A stretch of 64,000 nt of DNA from Carcharhinus longimanus. Lineage: Eukaryota. Position numbers and translations under genes: made by a program. The stretch lies in NCBI GenBank assembly GCA_030264375.1, contig JASCQW010000099.1, positions 45,643,514 through 45,707,513 of the forward strand, in the 5' to 3' direction. Shown piece after piece: positions 1 to 13,166 of the stretch (position 1 is the first letter of the stretch; each line of letters opens with the position of its first letter). The notes below the pieces were generated by a model. That model was not told where the DNA came from and did not search any database. It worked only from the letters and a program-made list of their open reading frames with translations.

Positions 1-369
1 CATGTATGCATCGACCCCAGCCTAATTCCAGTTCATCCCCACAAAAATACGAAGTGCCATGCTCTGCGGCAGGACTTGAATTTCTGAGCTAGTCTGTCAT
101 TTTTGCCAAGATGGAGTGGCTCTCTATTGTAAAAATCTGGGCTCTAATTTAGAAGCTCGCTGTGGGGGTTAATGTTTCCTCAGTGTTCTATTTGTAACGC
201 AATTAAAAATGGGCAAATAATCACATTACAAATAATGCAAGAGGAAATCTTCCCCTGCTCTATGAAGCATTGAGGTACAAACATACACCTTACATTGTGT
301 TTCACAGCATGTTGGGCCTCAAATTGGTTTAGCTCTTCTAAAAACAAGCAAACATATTTAGTGGTTACA

Positions 370-675
370 AAGAAATAGAACCAAGAAATCAGGACATTTG
401 GCCCAACATGTCCTCATTATATTTTTTCTCCACACTTGTCTCCTATGCCATCTCATGTAGCCCCCTCAGCATATCCTTCTAGGCTTTGCTCCCTCCTGTG
501 CTTATCTAGCCTCTCCTTGAATGCATTAGTTGCTCCCAATGGTACTAACTTCCACTTTCTAACTTCTCTCTAAGTCAAGAAATTTCTCCTGAATTCCCCA
601 TTGGATTTATTTGTGGCTAAATTATATTTATGGCCCTGAGTTCTGGTGTCACTAGCAAGAGGAACCATTCTCCCC
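370..675 (-). mobile_element. Old CR1-type LINE 3' fragment
   Basis: The reverse complement near 560-595 reads like the CR1 ORF2 C-terminal RRNFFTQRVV region, with a degenerate tail at 370-410. Confidence 0.55.
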
Positions 676-3600
676 ACATGCTGTAAAAAGGGGTTACAGG
701 CTCCTTGCATCCAACTGAGCTGCCCATGACACTACACTGCTGCACTGTGGGAACATGCTGCATTGCTCCAATATTGTCCAGCCTGAGTCAGAAGGTTGGG
801 TGAAATGGGATCAAAAAGAAATTTGGGCGAGTAGGAGGGGAGCGGCAATCCAACTCTGATTACTAGTCTATGGAAGTTCCAGTCCAATATATATTGAGAT
901 GTAATTGTGTTGTTTGACGGCATCTCCAATAGCCTTTGTTTATGCACCACTATGATGTGCAAAAGAATGGCATTATATAATGTTACAAGTCACACCTCAC
1001 AATTGCATGATGAGCATTTTAAAAATAGTGGACAAAGCAGTTTATTTTTTCCATGGAGGGGCAGACATGTTCAGTGCTAATAGCTTTGAATAGGAGCTAT
1101 TCAATGACAATAGTAGATCTCCACTTGACCTTGCCATCTACAGAGCTTACTCTGCATCCCTAATTGGATGGCGAAAGCAAAGATGATCCTTTAATTGCCT
1201 GCCTCCAGAAAAATAGTGCAGACAGGGGACCTAGATGCTACTGAGGTTGGGACCTATAAATGGGCCTGTACCCATTTAATAGTGATGTTGGTAAAATTTC
1301 ACCTGTTCAGTCTGTTTCTCCCTTCACACCTCTTCTCTCAGATGCTCTCAGACCAGCTGAGCATTTGCAGCATTTTCCTTTCTATTCCTTGATGTGAAAA
1401 TCTGAATTTTTTTTTGTGTTCAGAGGTGAAATTTGGTAATTCTTCACAAGACATGATACAGAATATTTATTAGATAGGTTTCACCACTGGTTATTGTCAA
1501 TATCCATAAACTATTATGATCTTTCTAGATTCTCTACATCAATGGAACTAACATAAACATTGCATTCAGCATCTATGACATTAAAAGAAGTTTGAAATAT
1601 ATAAAAAAAAATTTTGAAGAGTAGGCACTTGTCAGAATCAAGTTTTTTAGGGTTCCTAAAAAGCATTTATTTCTAGCACGCTCTTTTTATTTCAGATTTC
1701 TTGTATCTGCAGTATTTTACCTTTGCACATCAAGGAAACAATGAAATTAATCAAACCAAAGAAAGAAAATACTTGAATATTTCAAGACCATAAATTATTG
1801 CAGCAGCAATTTAATTTAAAGTTTGAACACAGATTAATGTGTCAACAACAACAATATCTATTTGATTTGACAAATCTCAATTGAACCTTAAAATAAGACT
1901 GCAATGGTATCTATCTTGTATCAAGTGATCAAGTCAGTCTTCAAATGGTGGTTTGATCAACTGCTGATTTTGAGACCAGAGGAAGGAAAGGACTAATCAC
2001 TAGCTCATATCCCTTTGCACAAACCTGTGGTCAAAGATTTCCATTTAAAAGTTTATTACACACAACTTATTGCACATACACTTATACATGTTTATTGTCT
2101 AGTGTATTTTATATATGTGTGAAAATATGCATGATTAGTATGTGATTTCCACAAATATAAAATAGGCGGACAAACATGCATGCATAAATGTGGGCATACA
2201 AACAGATACCTGTGTGATAAACTTCTATTTGTAGTTTCATGTTCAAGTCTTCTAATTCCATGTGTAAATCTTAATGCCACTATGAAAAACAAGCAGAAGA
2301 AAAATATAATAGCATGAGGGGCAAATAAATTATAATTTATATCTACAATTGTCCTATTTCTGATTTCCTTCATATTCCTGCACCTGCCACTGACTTTGTC
2401 TCGGCCATAAACATCTGCTCGTTCTACAGATCTCCCCACTTGATTCTTGCGCCTCCAGGTTTCTGACAGGACTCAACTTATAGCTGTTGCTTATTTTCCT
2501 CCTTATTTTAAGCCCCTTCCAGGCTTCTATTCGTTACCCAGGAGATATATTTGTGCATAAACGCATGCACGTATATGCAACTGGTATCTTTCATTTTAGT
2601 ACATTCAGTTACAGGTACTAGTTCTGTTCTATAGCACTGCTCATTTGCAACAACCTTTTGTGTTCTAAAGCTACAACTGTTTTTAGAATTCATTCATGTG
2701 TCAGAATTAAATGGCTTGCCAATGTTAATTTGATGGAATGCAAAGAAAAGGATTAAAAAAAATGTTCTGAGTGTTGACTGTGCCTACCAACAAGAATACA
2801 AATAGGTGCACTTAGCCACAAAAAGAACAAAAATGAATTGCTAAGAAGAAACCTGAAAATTGAAAATTATTGGCTGGGTGTAGAAATGTATTCTTAATTT
2901 TGTTTCATTTTTAACATTTAAACTGAAAGATGTTCATTAACAAGTTTAGGAAAACCAGTTTTTCCAATACATGTGATCATAAGCAAATGTTGAAAGTTGT
3001 GAAATTAGAATAATCTTTGTATTAAATATACAAAACATTTAGATAGATGGTTATATTATTATCTTTCACATACCATGGCTAACTTCTTTTAAAGATGACA
3101 AGTGATGCCTGTTTTGCTTTCAAGAGAGTTGCTACTTGTACCAAATGCTTTGTCCTTCCTGTGTTCCCATGTGGTCACCTTTTGGTTCATTTTCTCCTCC
3201 TGTATCTGCAGTGAGAAAGTTTATTTTCTCACTTGCTATTGGTTTGTGTGAGAATTTCTTTCCGTTGGCTGCAATTCCCATCTGACCTACTATGATACAA
3301 ATAGTTGCTGAGAGCTATGTCTTCAAACTCTATTGAGTTCAGGAAGGTTTTTTCCAGTACCAGTTTCTGCTGATTGTTATACTTCCAAGTGTCATAAATC
3401 TAAATTTTATGAAGTCTATTGAAGAAGCCGTGAAGCATAAAGACTTCCACAGCTTGAAGTGTTGAAGGATTTACAAGGATTATCACAATTCTTTCCATAT
3501 CTAAAAGACAAGTCACATTGATATTGCAAACAGGTACTCTTCATCCAGATGGATTTCTTTTTCCTTTCTGATGCTGATGCATCTGCCATGTACTTCTGAT

Positions 3601-4489
3601 ATTTGTCTTTTTTAATAACTCTTTGGCTTTCAATGTTTTTCTTATTTATCTCAGTGAATGAGGCATTGAAGTGGAATCACACTTCGGTACCAAACTTTTA
3701 GCAGAAAAAGGATTTTCTTTTCATCAGCACTCAGGATGCGAAGAAGCAGTCAAAATTCTTCTTGGAAGTCTATATCAGGATGAGGATAGACTTATTTTAG
3801 GAATAAAGAAGTCATTAGGCTGAGGCACTGCTGTGACATTAACTGGAACCTATAGAGTTGCAGATGCTTACAGCCTCCCATTTCGGTGAACGGAACAGGA
3901 AGTGAAATCTGTACTGAGAAATTGTGCAAATGGACTGTAGAATGTCCTAAATCTGCTCCACTTTATTTTCCGTTAATCCTAGTGGATTCAGTATATGCTG
4001 CTTGAAAGGATTGAGAGGCAGATACAATAGCAACATTCAAAAGGTTTCTGGAAATTTACGTACGTGAAAATGAAAAGGCATTTGTAAAGCCACGGGGAAG
4101 GAACAGGAGAAGGATCCATTTGGATAGCCTTTGCAAGGTAGCAGCACAAACACAATTGGCTGAATGGCATTGTTCCAAGTTATATTATCGAATTACGTAT
4201 CTGACAAATTAGAAAGCTAAAACAGCAAGGCCTCAATCTTATGATATCCCCTGAACTAAACAAAGTGAGAACAGTAAAAGCGGACAAGGATCACAGAAGG
4301 GTGATCAATGGAAAAACAATAACTTCTTTCATTTCAAATATACATTTTCAGTAGTCAAGTGCATTGTGTCATGTTGTTCAGGTTTCTAGTGATTTATTTT
4401 TGATGGGGTATTCATTTTGTTTTCAGGCTGCACAGGTATTGACAAAGTTCAGAGAACATTTTAAGTATATCAGTGCATTTTGTTTCCTA

Positions 4490-4680
4490 CCGCATCATTC
4501 TGACTTGGAACTTTATCTCAATGACGCTGAGTCAAACCTTGAAACTCCCTCCATACACCACATGGTCTACACCACTTCAAAAAAGTGCCTCACTACCATC
4601 TTTTCAAGAACAATGAGGGATGAGTGACAAATTCTGGGGTGCCAGCAAGTCTCTCAGCCCAACAATGAAAACAAAAATGA
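4490..4680 (+). mobile_element. 3' end of a CR1-clade LINE (tail shared with the SINEs at 14829 and 27645)
   Basis: ctgacttggaac...gagtcaaaccttgaaactccct...caccacttcaaaaaagtgcctcactaccatcttttcaagaacaatgagggatg...; a diverged match to the reverse complement of 21250-21480. Confidence 0.6.
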
Positions 4681-6732
4681 TAAAAGATTTCAATATTTGA
4701 ATAAGTGCTTCAGAAGAAGTTATTTAATGTTCATATTGGTCATTATCCCAGGAAGCTGTCGCTCTCAGACCCAGTAAAAATGTTGTCAGGATTCAGATGG
4801 TTTTGTAACCTGAGTAAAGTGGACTGCCTTTTGCTCTGTTTTAAGCTTCCACTATCTTAACAAAGTGCCTGTTAAAGATGCCTAAACAGGTACAAATATT
4901 CAAGATTAAAGCTAACTTTATCCAGAGTGCTTTGTTATCAAGGTAAAGTTAATTGTCCACTATTACTCTCCTTCAGTAACTGGCTGCACCTGATAGCAGA
5001 AAGGTACCAATTGGAATATTCTGGAAAAAAACCTTTTAAGCAGTGAGTTTCCAGTTTCTGTTGGATTGGTCTATTGGTCGCATAATTATTTATTTAGTAG
5101 CTTCTTGAAACGTGTTGACATTTTCTAAACAGTCACAAAACTGCAGCTGAAAGTATTCCTCAAGGTTTGAGTTAAATGGCACCAGCCACCCTTGTTTCCT
5201 ATATATCAAACTCTAACTACCTGAATTGAATTGAACAATATAATGCTCATCTGGACTGTATCATACATTTTTTTATGATGCAGGAAAATACTGAGTAGCA
5301 GAAGATTGACATTCTGAAGCTCACTTTGTTCTGGACCACCTTTTTTATTGTTCACAACACAATTTTTTCAATGCTGCTGAACACCGCTTGCTAACACATG
5401 AGGAAGTAGCACAATGTTTTGTTAAGGAAGCTGATTGTAGACCCGTACAATGCTTTATTACTCAAATTCAAGGCTACCCAGCCTAAGTAAATAAAGAGAC
5501 TTTTTTTTAACAAGTAGAGCATGTCATGTTCTTTAACTTGCTTAAACAAAACTGATGAAGATCACACATTGGTACTGGAGGTAAAACCTTGTACTTAGCA
5601 ACTCAATCGGTATTCAGAAAACTGTGCAGGCCTACTCAGCACAATCCTAATGTTGCCTCATCAATTAACTGACATTTCTTGCCAAGAAAGAGCTATTTAT
5701 CACCAGCAAAAACATTTAATTTGAAACCTTTGAAAAAAAAATTAACTTCTGTGAATCTCTTTCCCACCATTCTGGCACCTTGATGATACAACTGTTAGTT
5801 ATGACAAGAGAAGGATAACCATTATTTCCCTGATTCTAATGTTGAGGGTATTGATGAAGAACCTTTTTCCAATTTGTTCATTATAACGAGTAGCATCAAT
5901 TTTAAACTGTATCAGAACATGCAAAACTCCGCCCTCCAATAAGACTGGGACCTAATTATATTCCTCCCATCATCTCGGGGTACTTGTTTTCAAAATTGCC
6001 TCCCTTTCTGTCTTCAGATCTACCTTCTTGAAAACTTGTACGTATTCATTGCAGTGGATAATGAATTTCCTTATGTTTTCCTTGTATCATTTTATAAGTT
6101 TTCTAATTTTATAGAAACAGCCATTAGCTGTTAAATTATCCATTGCATAGAAGGTCTGTCTAGCTTATGATTTGCTAGTACAGCTTTCAGCATGGCTGCT
6201 CCAATATTGATCTTATCATCTGCATTTTGAAACTTCTTGAATCTTATTCATGAAAGGTTTTGGTTAATCCAAAACCAGGTTCTGCCATTGTATGCATTTG
6301 AACAAAGTGCCATCGTATGGTCTCCCATGAAATCTACATTTGGGTCTTTAGTATAGCAGGGCTTCCAGTAACAGGTTTCAGTGTTGGGAAAGAGCACTGT
6401 GCAGAAGAACAGGTTTGCCTGTCCCTGCAGGGAGCAATGTCTTTGACAAGCTGAGGGGCAGAGCCAGATACTGAGAGGCGAGAGTGAAAGCAGCAAGAAT
6501 GAGTCCACAGCTTGTGAGCGGCAGGAGCTTAGAGCAGATTGAAGCCCTAAGATTGGCAAAGGAGTCAGGGAGAGAATCAAAAACTGAGTCAAACTGAATG
6601 GCAGCACCTGTGTCTGAGAAGCCTCATTCATGAGAGAATAGGACTGCAGCCAGGAGCCAGGCAGTAGAGCAAGCATGGTGACTGACTGTATTGATTAGCC
6701 AAGGCCCCGAATAAGAAAAAGATCTGGAGCAT

Positions 6733-6985
6733 CATAGAACATAGAACATAGAACATTACAGCGCAGAACAGGCCCTTCGGCCCACGATGTTGCGCCGACC
6801 AGTTACNNNNNNNNNNNNNNNNNNNNNNNNNNNNNNNNNNNNNNNNNNNNNNNNNNNNNNNNNNNNNNNNNNNNNNNNNNNNNNNNNNNNNNNNNNNNNN
6901 NNNNNNACCACGGTTCCCTAGATCTACCAAAACCACCATGCCTGACAGGGACATACCTATCAAGGACTCGCAGTAGCTGCTCCAT
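6733..6985 (-). mobile_element. Young CR1/HER1-like LINE, mostly hidden in the N-gap 6807-6906
   Basis: (catagaa)3 tail plus acagcgcagaacaggcccttcggccc lies left of the gap with CpGs intact. Right of the gap the minus strand gives EQLLRVLDRYVPVRHGGFGRSREPW, typical of CR1 ORF2 after the APE domain. Confidence 0.8.
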
Positions 6986-7884
6986 CGTCAGTGAATATTC
7001 TCTGTAGCTAGTTTGTTTCTGAAAGTTATACTTTCCCTTGACAGTTTATACAGTTATGATACTGGTGGACTTTTTTTCTTAACCTTCATGCAGTATAGAT
7101 TATGAAACCACACAATTCCTCTTGGCATAATTGGCATGATTCCACAAAACAAGCATTAGGTTATGACAGACAAAACAGAACAGTGCCTGGTTGAGATAAA
7201 ACAGATGGGATAGGAACTTGAACTGCACCTGCCCCGCTAGGGAGGCTGAAGCAGCTGCAGTTCCAGCAGAAGCACAGGATGAAGCTGAGAGTTGAAGCAG
7301 TGATCAGAGAACTGCTTCCAGTGTGCCTTCCTTTAATGTAACAGGGGATGCATGACATATCCCATTATTGATACCATGCCACAGGGTGGGAAGCTGGATA
7401 GATTTGGGGGAAGACTGGAGATGTTCAATAACCTGGTGGTTGAGAATGGGTTGGATATAGCATCCAGTGGCATCAATGAGAGGGAGTCCACAGAATTTGT
7501 GATGGAACATCTGTACAGAAAAGCTTGGCAGGAAATATTGGAAAAAGTTGCAGATGCTCAAAGAGGTTTGTGGCAGATTTTTGACATCCAGGCATTAGTT
7601 TTTAGGGACAAGAGTAGTCTTTCAAAGCTACAGCGTAAGTTTTATGATTAAAAGCAAACCAAAGAAAAGGACCTGGTCTCTGTATCCCTGGATCTGGTGA
7701 AGTTGTTGACCACATTGCCTTCCTGGATCTTGCTTCAGTTCGACCAGGTATCTGCAGCTGAAAGATCGCCTTGCTGTTGCGTTGAGGGATGAAGATTTTC
7801 AGAGGGATTTAATGAGACTCAACAGTGAAAACCCCAATTGTTTTCTTTGACATGTATACTTATTCTCTGGAGCATTCGCAGGAT

Positions 7885-8810
7885 GGCAGGCTGTTACTAG
7901 TGGGGTATTGCAAGAATGAGAATTAGCTCCACAATATGTATAAATAATTTAGATGTGAGGGCTAATTGTAATATTTCCAAATTTGCTAATGACACCAAAC
8001 TGTGTGGGAACATAAGTTGTGAGGAGAATGCAAGGAGGCTTCACAGGTACTTGGACAGGATAAGTGAATGGGCTATAATTTGGCAGATGGTACATAAATG
8101 AGTAAGTGTGAAGTTACTCACTTCGGTGGTTAAAAAAAACAAAAAGGTAAAATATTTCTTTAATGGTGACAGAGTAGAAGTGTGGGGGTCAAAAAGGACT
8201 TGGGTGTTCTTGTTTATGACTCTAAAACTTAGGATTTAGGTAGAGCAAGGATTTTTTTGTTGCAGTATATAGAACTTTGGTGAGGCCACAGCAATTTTGG
8301 TTCCCCTATCTGAGGAGGGATATACTTACCATATATCACGTGAAACACAGGTTCACCAGATTAGTCCCTTGGATAGTGGGATTTTCTTATGAGGAAACTG
8401 GGTCTGTGTTCCCTAGAGTCACCAAGAACAAGAGGTGGCCTTATTGAAACTGATTTTTTTACAGGGCATTATAGGGTGGATGTATATGAGATGTGTCCCC
8501 GGCTAGAGAAAGTAAAATGAGGGGACATAATCTTGGGTTAAGGGGTACACCATTTAAGACTGAGAAGAGGAGGAATGCCTTCTTCAGAGGATGGTGAATC
8601 TTTGGAATACTTCACACCAGAATGCTGTGGAATTCAATCATTGAGCATATGCAAGACAAAAATTGATACAATTCTGGAGGTGAATAACATCAAACAAATG
8701 GAGATAGTAAGGGAAAATGATTTTGAAGTAGATGATCAGCCATGATCTGATTGAATGGTGGAGCAGGCTCAAAGGAGTGAATGGCCTCCTTTGTTCCTAT
8801 ATTCTTATTG
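7885..8810 (+). mobile_element. 5'-truncated CR1 LINE (RT C-terminus plus 3' UTR), degenerate
   Basis: Reads INNLDVRANCNISKFANDTKLCG...RRLHRYLDRISEWAIIWQM (FADDTK motif decayed), with 3' end gatcagccatgatctgattgaatggtggagcaggctc...cctatattctt. Confidence 0.9.
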
Positions 8811-10849
8811 TATCATTCAGAGCATAGGGTAAAACTAGACGTTTAAGACCAGGAAAGAAACCATGATCAGGGAGTTGGTGGGAACGTAATCCTCAAGCTG
8901 AAGAGGCAACAGAATAAATTACTGCACAACAAGCTCAAATCCAATTCTTGCTGCCGTTGATTGAGGACATATCGTCATGACAGGATATGTCCAGAGTATA
9001 CTTCAAAGAGGTGCTGGAATTCCAACAGGGTTGGGCATTTCCAGTGAAACTGCCCTCAACATACACTGCAAACATCAAGCATGATAACTCCGTCTCCAAA
9101 ACCCCATTCCTCATCCAATATCAGAAGATACAGGCCTAGCAAAGTAAATGAAAATGCTGAGGCCCTCAGCTGGATGACTGAATATGGAAGACAACCTACT
9201 TTTGCCAGGTCAGAGAGGATTATAGTAGATGCCATGCCCATACCTCAAGAAAAGGCAGCATTCACACACCAATCCTCTGTAGAATCTGGAAATGGAATCA
9301 TCATAATTTCACCAAAGCAGGAAGGTGGTTTGGCATTGATCATCACACCCATAACATCAGATGTAGAGCTGGAAGTCAAACTCAGAAAGCCATTCCCACG
9401 GGGGAAATGCTTGATGCCAAAAGTTGAGTGAATGATTTGAGGGCAAGGAGCCCACTTAACAGTTTGGTGGAACCTGAAACAGTAGCTGACAGTAGTCTAA
9501 GTGAAGAGGAATCAGATAGTGATAGGACATCCTGGAATGTGTGTGTCAGGGATTCTGTGAGTGCATCTGTACAGTGGCTGACTCTAGTGTTAGTAGGAAA
9601 TGCCAAGATGTCTGACAGGGAATGCTGCTGATCATATGTTCCACTGGAGACTTGATCAATTTCAATCCCTATATGGCTGATCCATCACAGAGTCTGGGTA
9701 ATTTTGGCAGTGCTTGATTAGAAGGAGGGCTATGATGGTCATCTTGAGCAAGTGCTGGATATCATCCCAACCCATACCATTTGTCCAGATTAGTGATGCA
9801 CAAAGGGAATGTTCCCACCAACATGGACTTGAATCTGCTAGCTGTTGAATCTCAATTGAACCAGCTGATTATGCAGTGGCTTAGTAAGCAGTCATTGTGT
9901 GATATGTCTCATTGCTGAGACGGCAAGGCACAAGTTGGGAAGCGTTTTTAGGGATCCCCAGCAGCAGGTGGCGATATTGAAAAAAAAATACTGAGGAGGG
10001 GAACTGGTTGGCCCATGTGCATCTCTCCCTGCAGGGAGCAGTGTCTTTCACAAGTTGAGGGACAGTGCCAAATTCTGTGAGATAGGGAGAAAGCAACAAG
10101 GATTAATTCAGGGTGTGTGACAGGAGCCTAGGGGAGTTTGAATCTCCTCATATTGGCTGTAGAGACTAGGAAGGATCTGGAAACCTAGCCAAGCTACCTT
10201 GCAACACTCTGGAGTCTGAGAAACCATGAGAGAATAGGACTGCAGTGAGGAGCTGGGCAACAGGATAAGTCTGAATAAGCCTGGGAGTTGGCTGTGTTGA
10301 GGAGTCATTGTCTTGTCTAAATAGGGTAGAGATTTGAAGCAGTGATATTCTAAGTTTGTTTCTTGGACTTGCACTTTCCCTTGAGAGTTTATACAGTTGT
10401 GACGCTGGTGGGATAAGGGAATATTGACTTTTTTTAACCTTTGTTGCTGTTTGGGTGCTTAATCCCTATGTTGCCCTAGCATCTTGAGCTACCCTGTTTG
10501 TGCTATAATTAGTGACTGATCACTGACTCATTCCATGAACCCTGTCATTCTTTGGGGTTGGCTTTTTCTCCCAGTCATATCAGTACAATCTCCACTCATT
10601 ATCCAAGTAGATCTGACTCTTATGTGCATTAATCAATTTCAATCAGATCATTCTTTTAAGTACACACAAACGCCACCCTTCTGAAGCTTCAGTGGGATCC
10701 TCTCATACATGGTGCACAAGCTGTTCATTCTTGTTAGCTTCAGGTCTGAACTATTCTGAAAGGCTAACTACAGCTTGCTAATTTTAGGAAAATGGGATAC
10801 TAAACATGTCATGTCAGCACAACTAGTGCAATCAGTAAGAATGTGAAAG

Positions 10850-10975
10850 GTTATCAGAAGATAGGCAGGGATGGGAAGTTGCGATTCAAACTAGTTCAGT
10901 CATGATCTTATCCACTGAGGATCAGGCTCGAGGGGTCAAGTGGCCTACTTTTGCTTTTAATTCCTATGTTCATCT
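10850..10975 (+). mobile_element. CR1 3' tail fragment
   Basis: ttcagtcatgatctt...caggctcgaggggtcaagtggcctact...ttcctatgttc, homologous to 58270-58365. Confidence 0.7.
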
Positions 10976-11299
10976 AAGCAAAAGAGATCAAATCACCAAT
11001 AATGTGCGTTAGCCTCATGGAGCAGGCACTGCAATGGGATAATGACCAAATTCAGGCATGATCCAATTTCATGCATTCAAGGTTCCAAGATGAGTTGGGA
11101 TGATAAAATCTTTGCAAACTGATTTCATATTTCTGGAACAGCAACTGTGCTTGATTCTAATTATTTGTTCTCAGGATGGGTGTGATACTTGCAAAATTAC
11201 ATTTATTGGCTCGCACCAGTTTCTCAAAGAATGGTAAAGTTTTCCTTTGAAATTTTACAGTTTTTGTTCTGAAAGTGTTTTCACAATCATGTTAATGGA

Positions 11300-11460
11300 A
11301 AGAGCTTGTATTTAAATTGTGCTTTTTGTGACTGCAGGACTAATAAATTGTCTGAAATTGAAGCGTAGTATGAAGTGTAATAATTGTTGGAATGGAGGAA
11401 GATATTGTGCAAAGTAAAGCCCCACAAATGGCAGTGATGATGAACACCCTAGTGACCTGT
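11300..11460 (-). mobile_element. Ancient Deu-domain SINE (SacSINE1-like) fragment
   Basis: Weak reverse-complement similarity to the 56830-56960 fragment (ccccacaaatggcagtgatgatga; cttgtatttaaattgtgcttt). Confidence 0.35.
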
Positions 11461-13075
11461 CAGCTTAGATTGTGACAAAGTTTTTGACTTTGTTTTTAAC
11501 TGACAACTTCTGAATTAAAAATAAGAGTGCTACCATTGCATCAAGTTTCATACTTGAAGGTAGGGAATGCTAGGATTTTGACCCAGTGATGATAAAGGTA
11601 CAGTTATGTGGCTTTCTGGGAATGTTATTGTGATACTACTCCAAATATGGCTGCATTTCAAGTAAATCCCATGTACTGGCCTCAACAACCATCTCCAGTG
11701 ATCACCTGAATAAAGAAATGCTTTCGGGATTCTGTCACAAACTGGCCGTTCAAAACCTTGTTTGTACACTTGTCCTACTGCTTTAGTATAGTTGAAACAT
11801 ATTGGGAAGGATTTAATATGGTGGCAAAGGAAACAATAATCTGGTTGCACCCTTGCTGACCTGACCTCTGGAATCACACCTACCCAAGCTCCAGGCTCTC
11901 CTGAGGATATTTAATTGCTGCGCTATTAACTGGGGTCAAGAGCAAGGGTGGATAGGTGTCCACAAGGTCTGGTTTCTGTGGGCTGCACTTTCCTGATGCT
12001 GGATCCCTTAAATGGGCATGCAGTGCCTGAGAACTCCTCTACAAAGCCTGCAGCCAAACCAAACAGGATTTGTTGGATGAAGTGTCTCCTCCCTGCCAAT
12101 GGTTGAATGGCAGTGAAATGAGACCCTGATGTAGCCTATTCGGAGCCTCAATTGGCCTCTAGGCACAGTGGCCACCCACAATCCCTTCAGCTCTGGACTT
12201 AATAGGGGGAAGGTAGCTGCACCTCCACACTGTACCCCCTGCCCCTGCAGTCCCCTCCCCCCCACAAATCACACAGCCCCTTAAATGTCAACCATTGTTT
12301 CTTACCTTTTCTGTGACGTGATTTTGGGGCTAAACAGCCCTACCTTGGCTAAATGATTGTTAGATTTGATCCTCCTTACATTAACGATCAGGCCTGTTGC
12401 TCACCTCTGCCCTGCCTCTGTGTTTTGATGATTTTCTTATGATACCATGGCCACAGTTCAATTGAATTTCAGCACGATCACGAAGATTTCAATTCAGCAA
12501 ATTTGGCAATATAGCTCATCATTTTTGTACTCTTGGTTGCCATCTTATATTTGAAAGTTTTTAAGTTCAGTGATAATATCTTGCGTTTTATTCAATCTGA
12601 ACTTGATTTGCTATATCGAAGCAAATGCAAGTCTTCTAACGTTCCCTGTCTTATCTTTTGCACTGATGACAAGGATTTGATAATAATTCCAGCTTTTTTT
12701 GGTGAAAAAATGACCACATGGGGAATATTTTACAGAGGACACAGCTAGGCAATGACACATGATAATGAATAGAAATGAAGTGCAGGCATTACTTTTTTTT
12801 CCCATGTTATGTGAATCATAATTTAGAAACATCTAATTATTATGCCTAGAGGTGAGTAATCTTCCTCATCTTATAGTTTTGTCATGCTTGCCTTTCCAAA
12901 ATAATTTATAATTATTATAGTGCTATGGTAAAGTGTATCATTCTGATGGCAATATATATACTTATTCTTTCTTGCTTGCTTTTTGATGGTCAAAGGCCTG
13001 CTGTCATATCTTTTATTTGTTATTGCATCTTTCTCTCCTTTTAGCAGCATGTTTGCGCTAAATTATTTCTGATGT

Positions 13076-13139
13076 TTGCTAACATGCCACTAATGCTTAC
13101 TAACCTTTTACATATTTTGCTTTTATTTTGCTGGCAAAG
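13076..13139 (+). promoter_or_regulatory. Branch point, polypyrimidine tract and UGC-containing acceptor region of the microexon
   Basis: TACTAAC at 13098-13104, ACTAAT at 13089-13094, a T-rich tract with TGC at 13118-13120 and 13129-13131, and the AAG acceptor. Confidence 0.7.
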
Positions 13140-13166
13140 TTGCATTGATGAAAGCTGACTTGCAAG
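13140..13166 (+). CDS. NRXN1: 27-nt alternative microexon (neurexin SS6 insert) encoding VALMKADLQ between LNS5 and EGF-C
   Basis: ttttattttgctggcaaag|TT GCA TTG ATG AAA GCT GAC TTG CAA G|gtagat. Phase 1-1 and frame-preserving: G|TT gives Val and G|GG joins the EGF exon. A perfect TACTAAC branch point sits at 13098-13104. The peptide matches the recalled Nrxn1 SS6 insert. Confidence 0.9.

Larger units (their letters stand above)
6355..10450 (+). mobile_element. Decayed LTR retrotransposon (Ty3/gypsy-like) with two diverged direct repeats and nested CR1 LINEs
   Basis: Direct repeats at about 6355-7090 and 9948-10445 share ccctgcagggagca-tgtcttt-acaag-tgaggg, catgagagaataggactgcag and actttcccttga-agtttatacagtt-tga. 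The internal YRPSKVNENAEALS (about 9129-9170) resembles the gypsy RNase H end motif YRPGKxNxxADALS. A purine tract agaaggaggg lies near 9720. Confidence 0.6.

Noticed and set aside
4364-4627. Possible exon after ttttgttttcag at about 4425
   Set aside because: The translation has no neurexin similarity and runs into a LINE tail.
1-13000. Expected upstream neurexin LNS5 exon (...GFQGCLASVDLNG...RGCE)
   Set aside because: Not found by eye or in the ORF track; probably upstream of the window, although a miss cannot be excluded.
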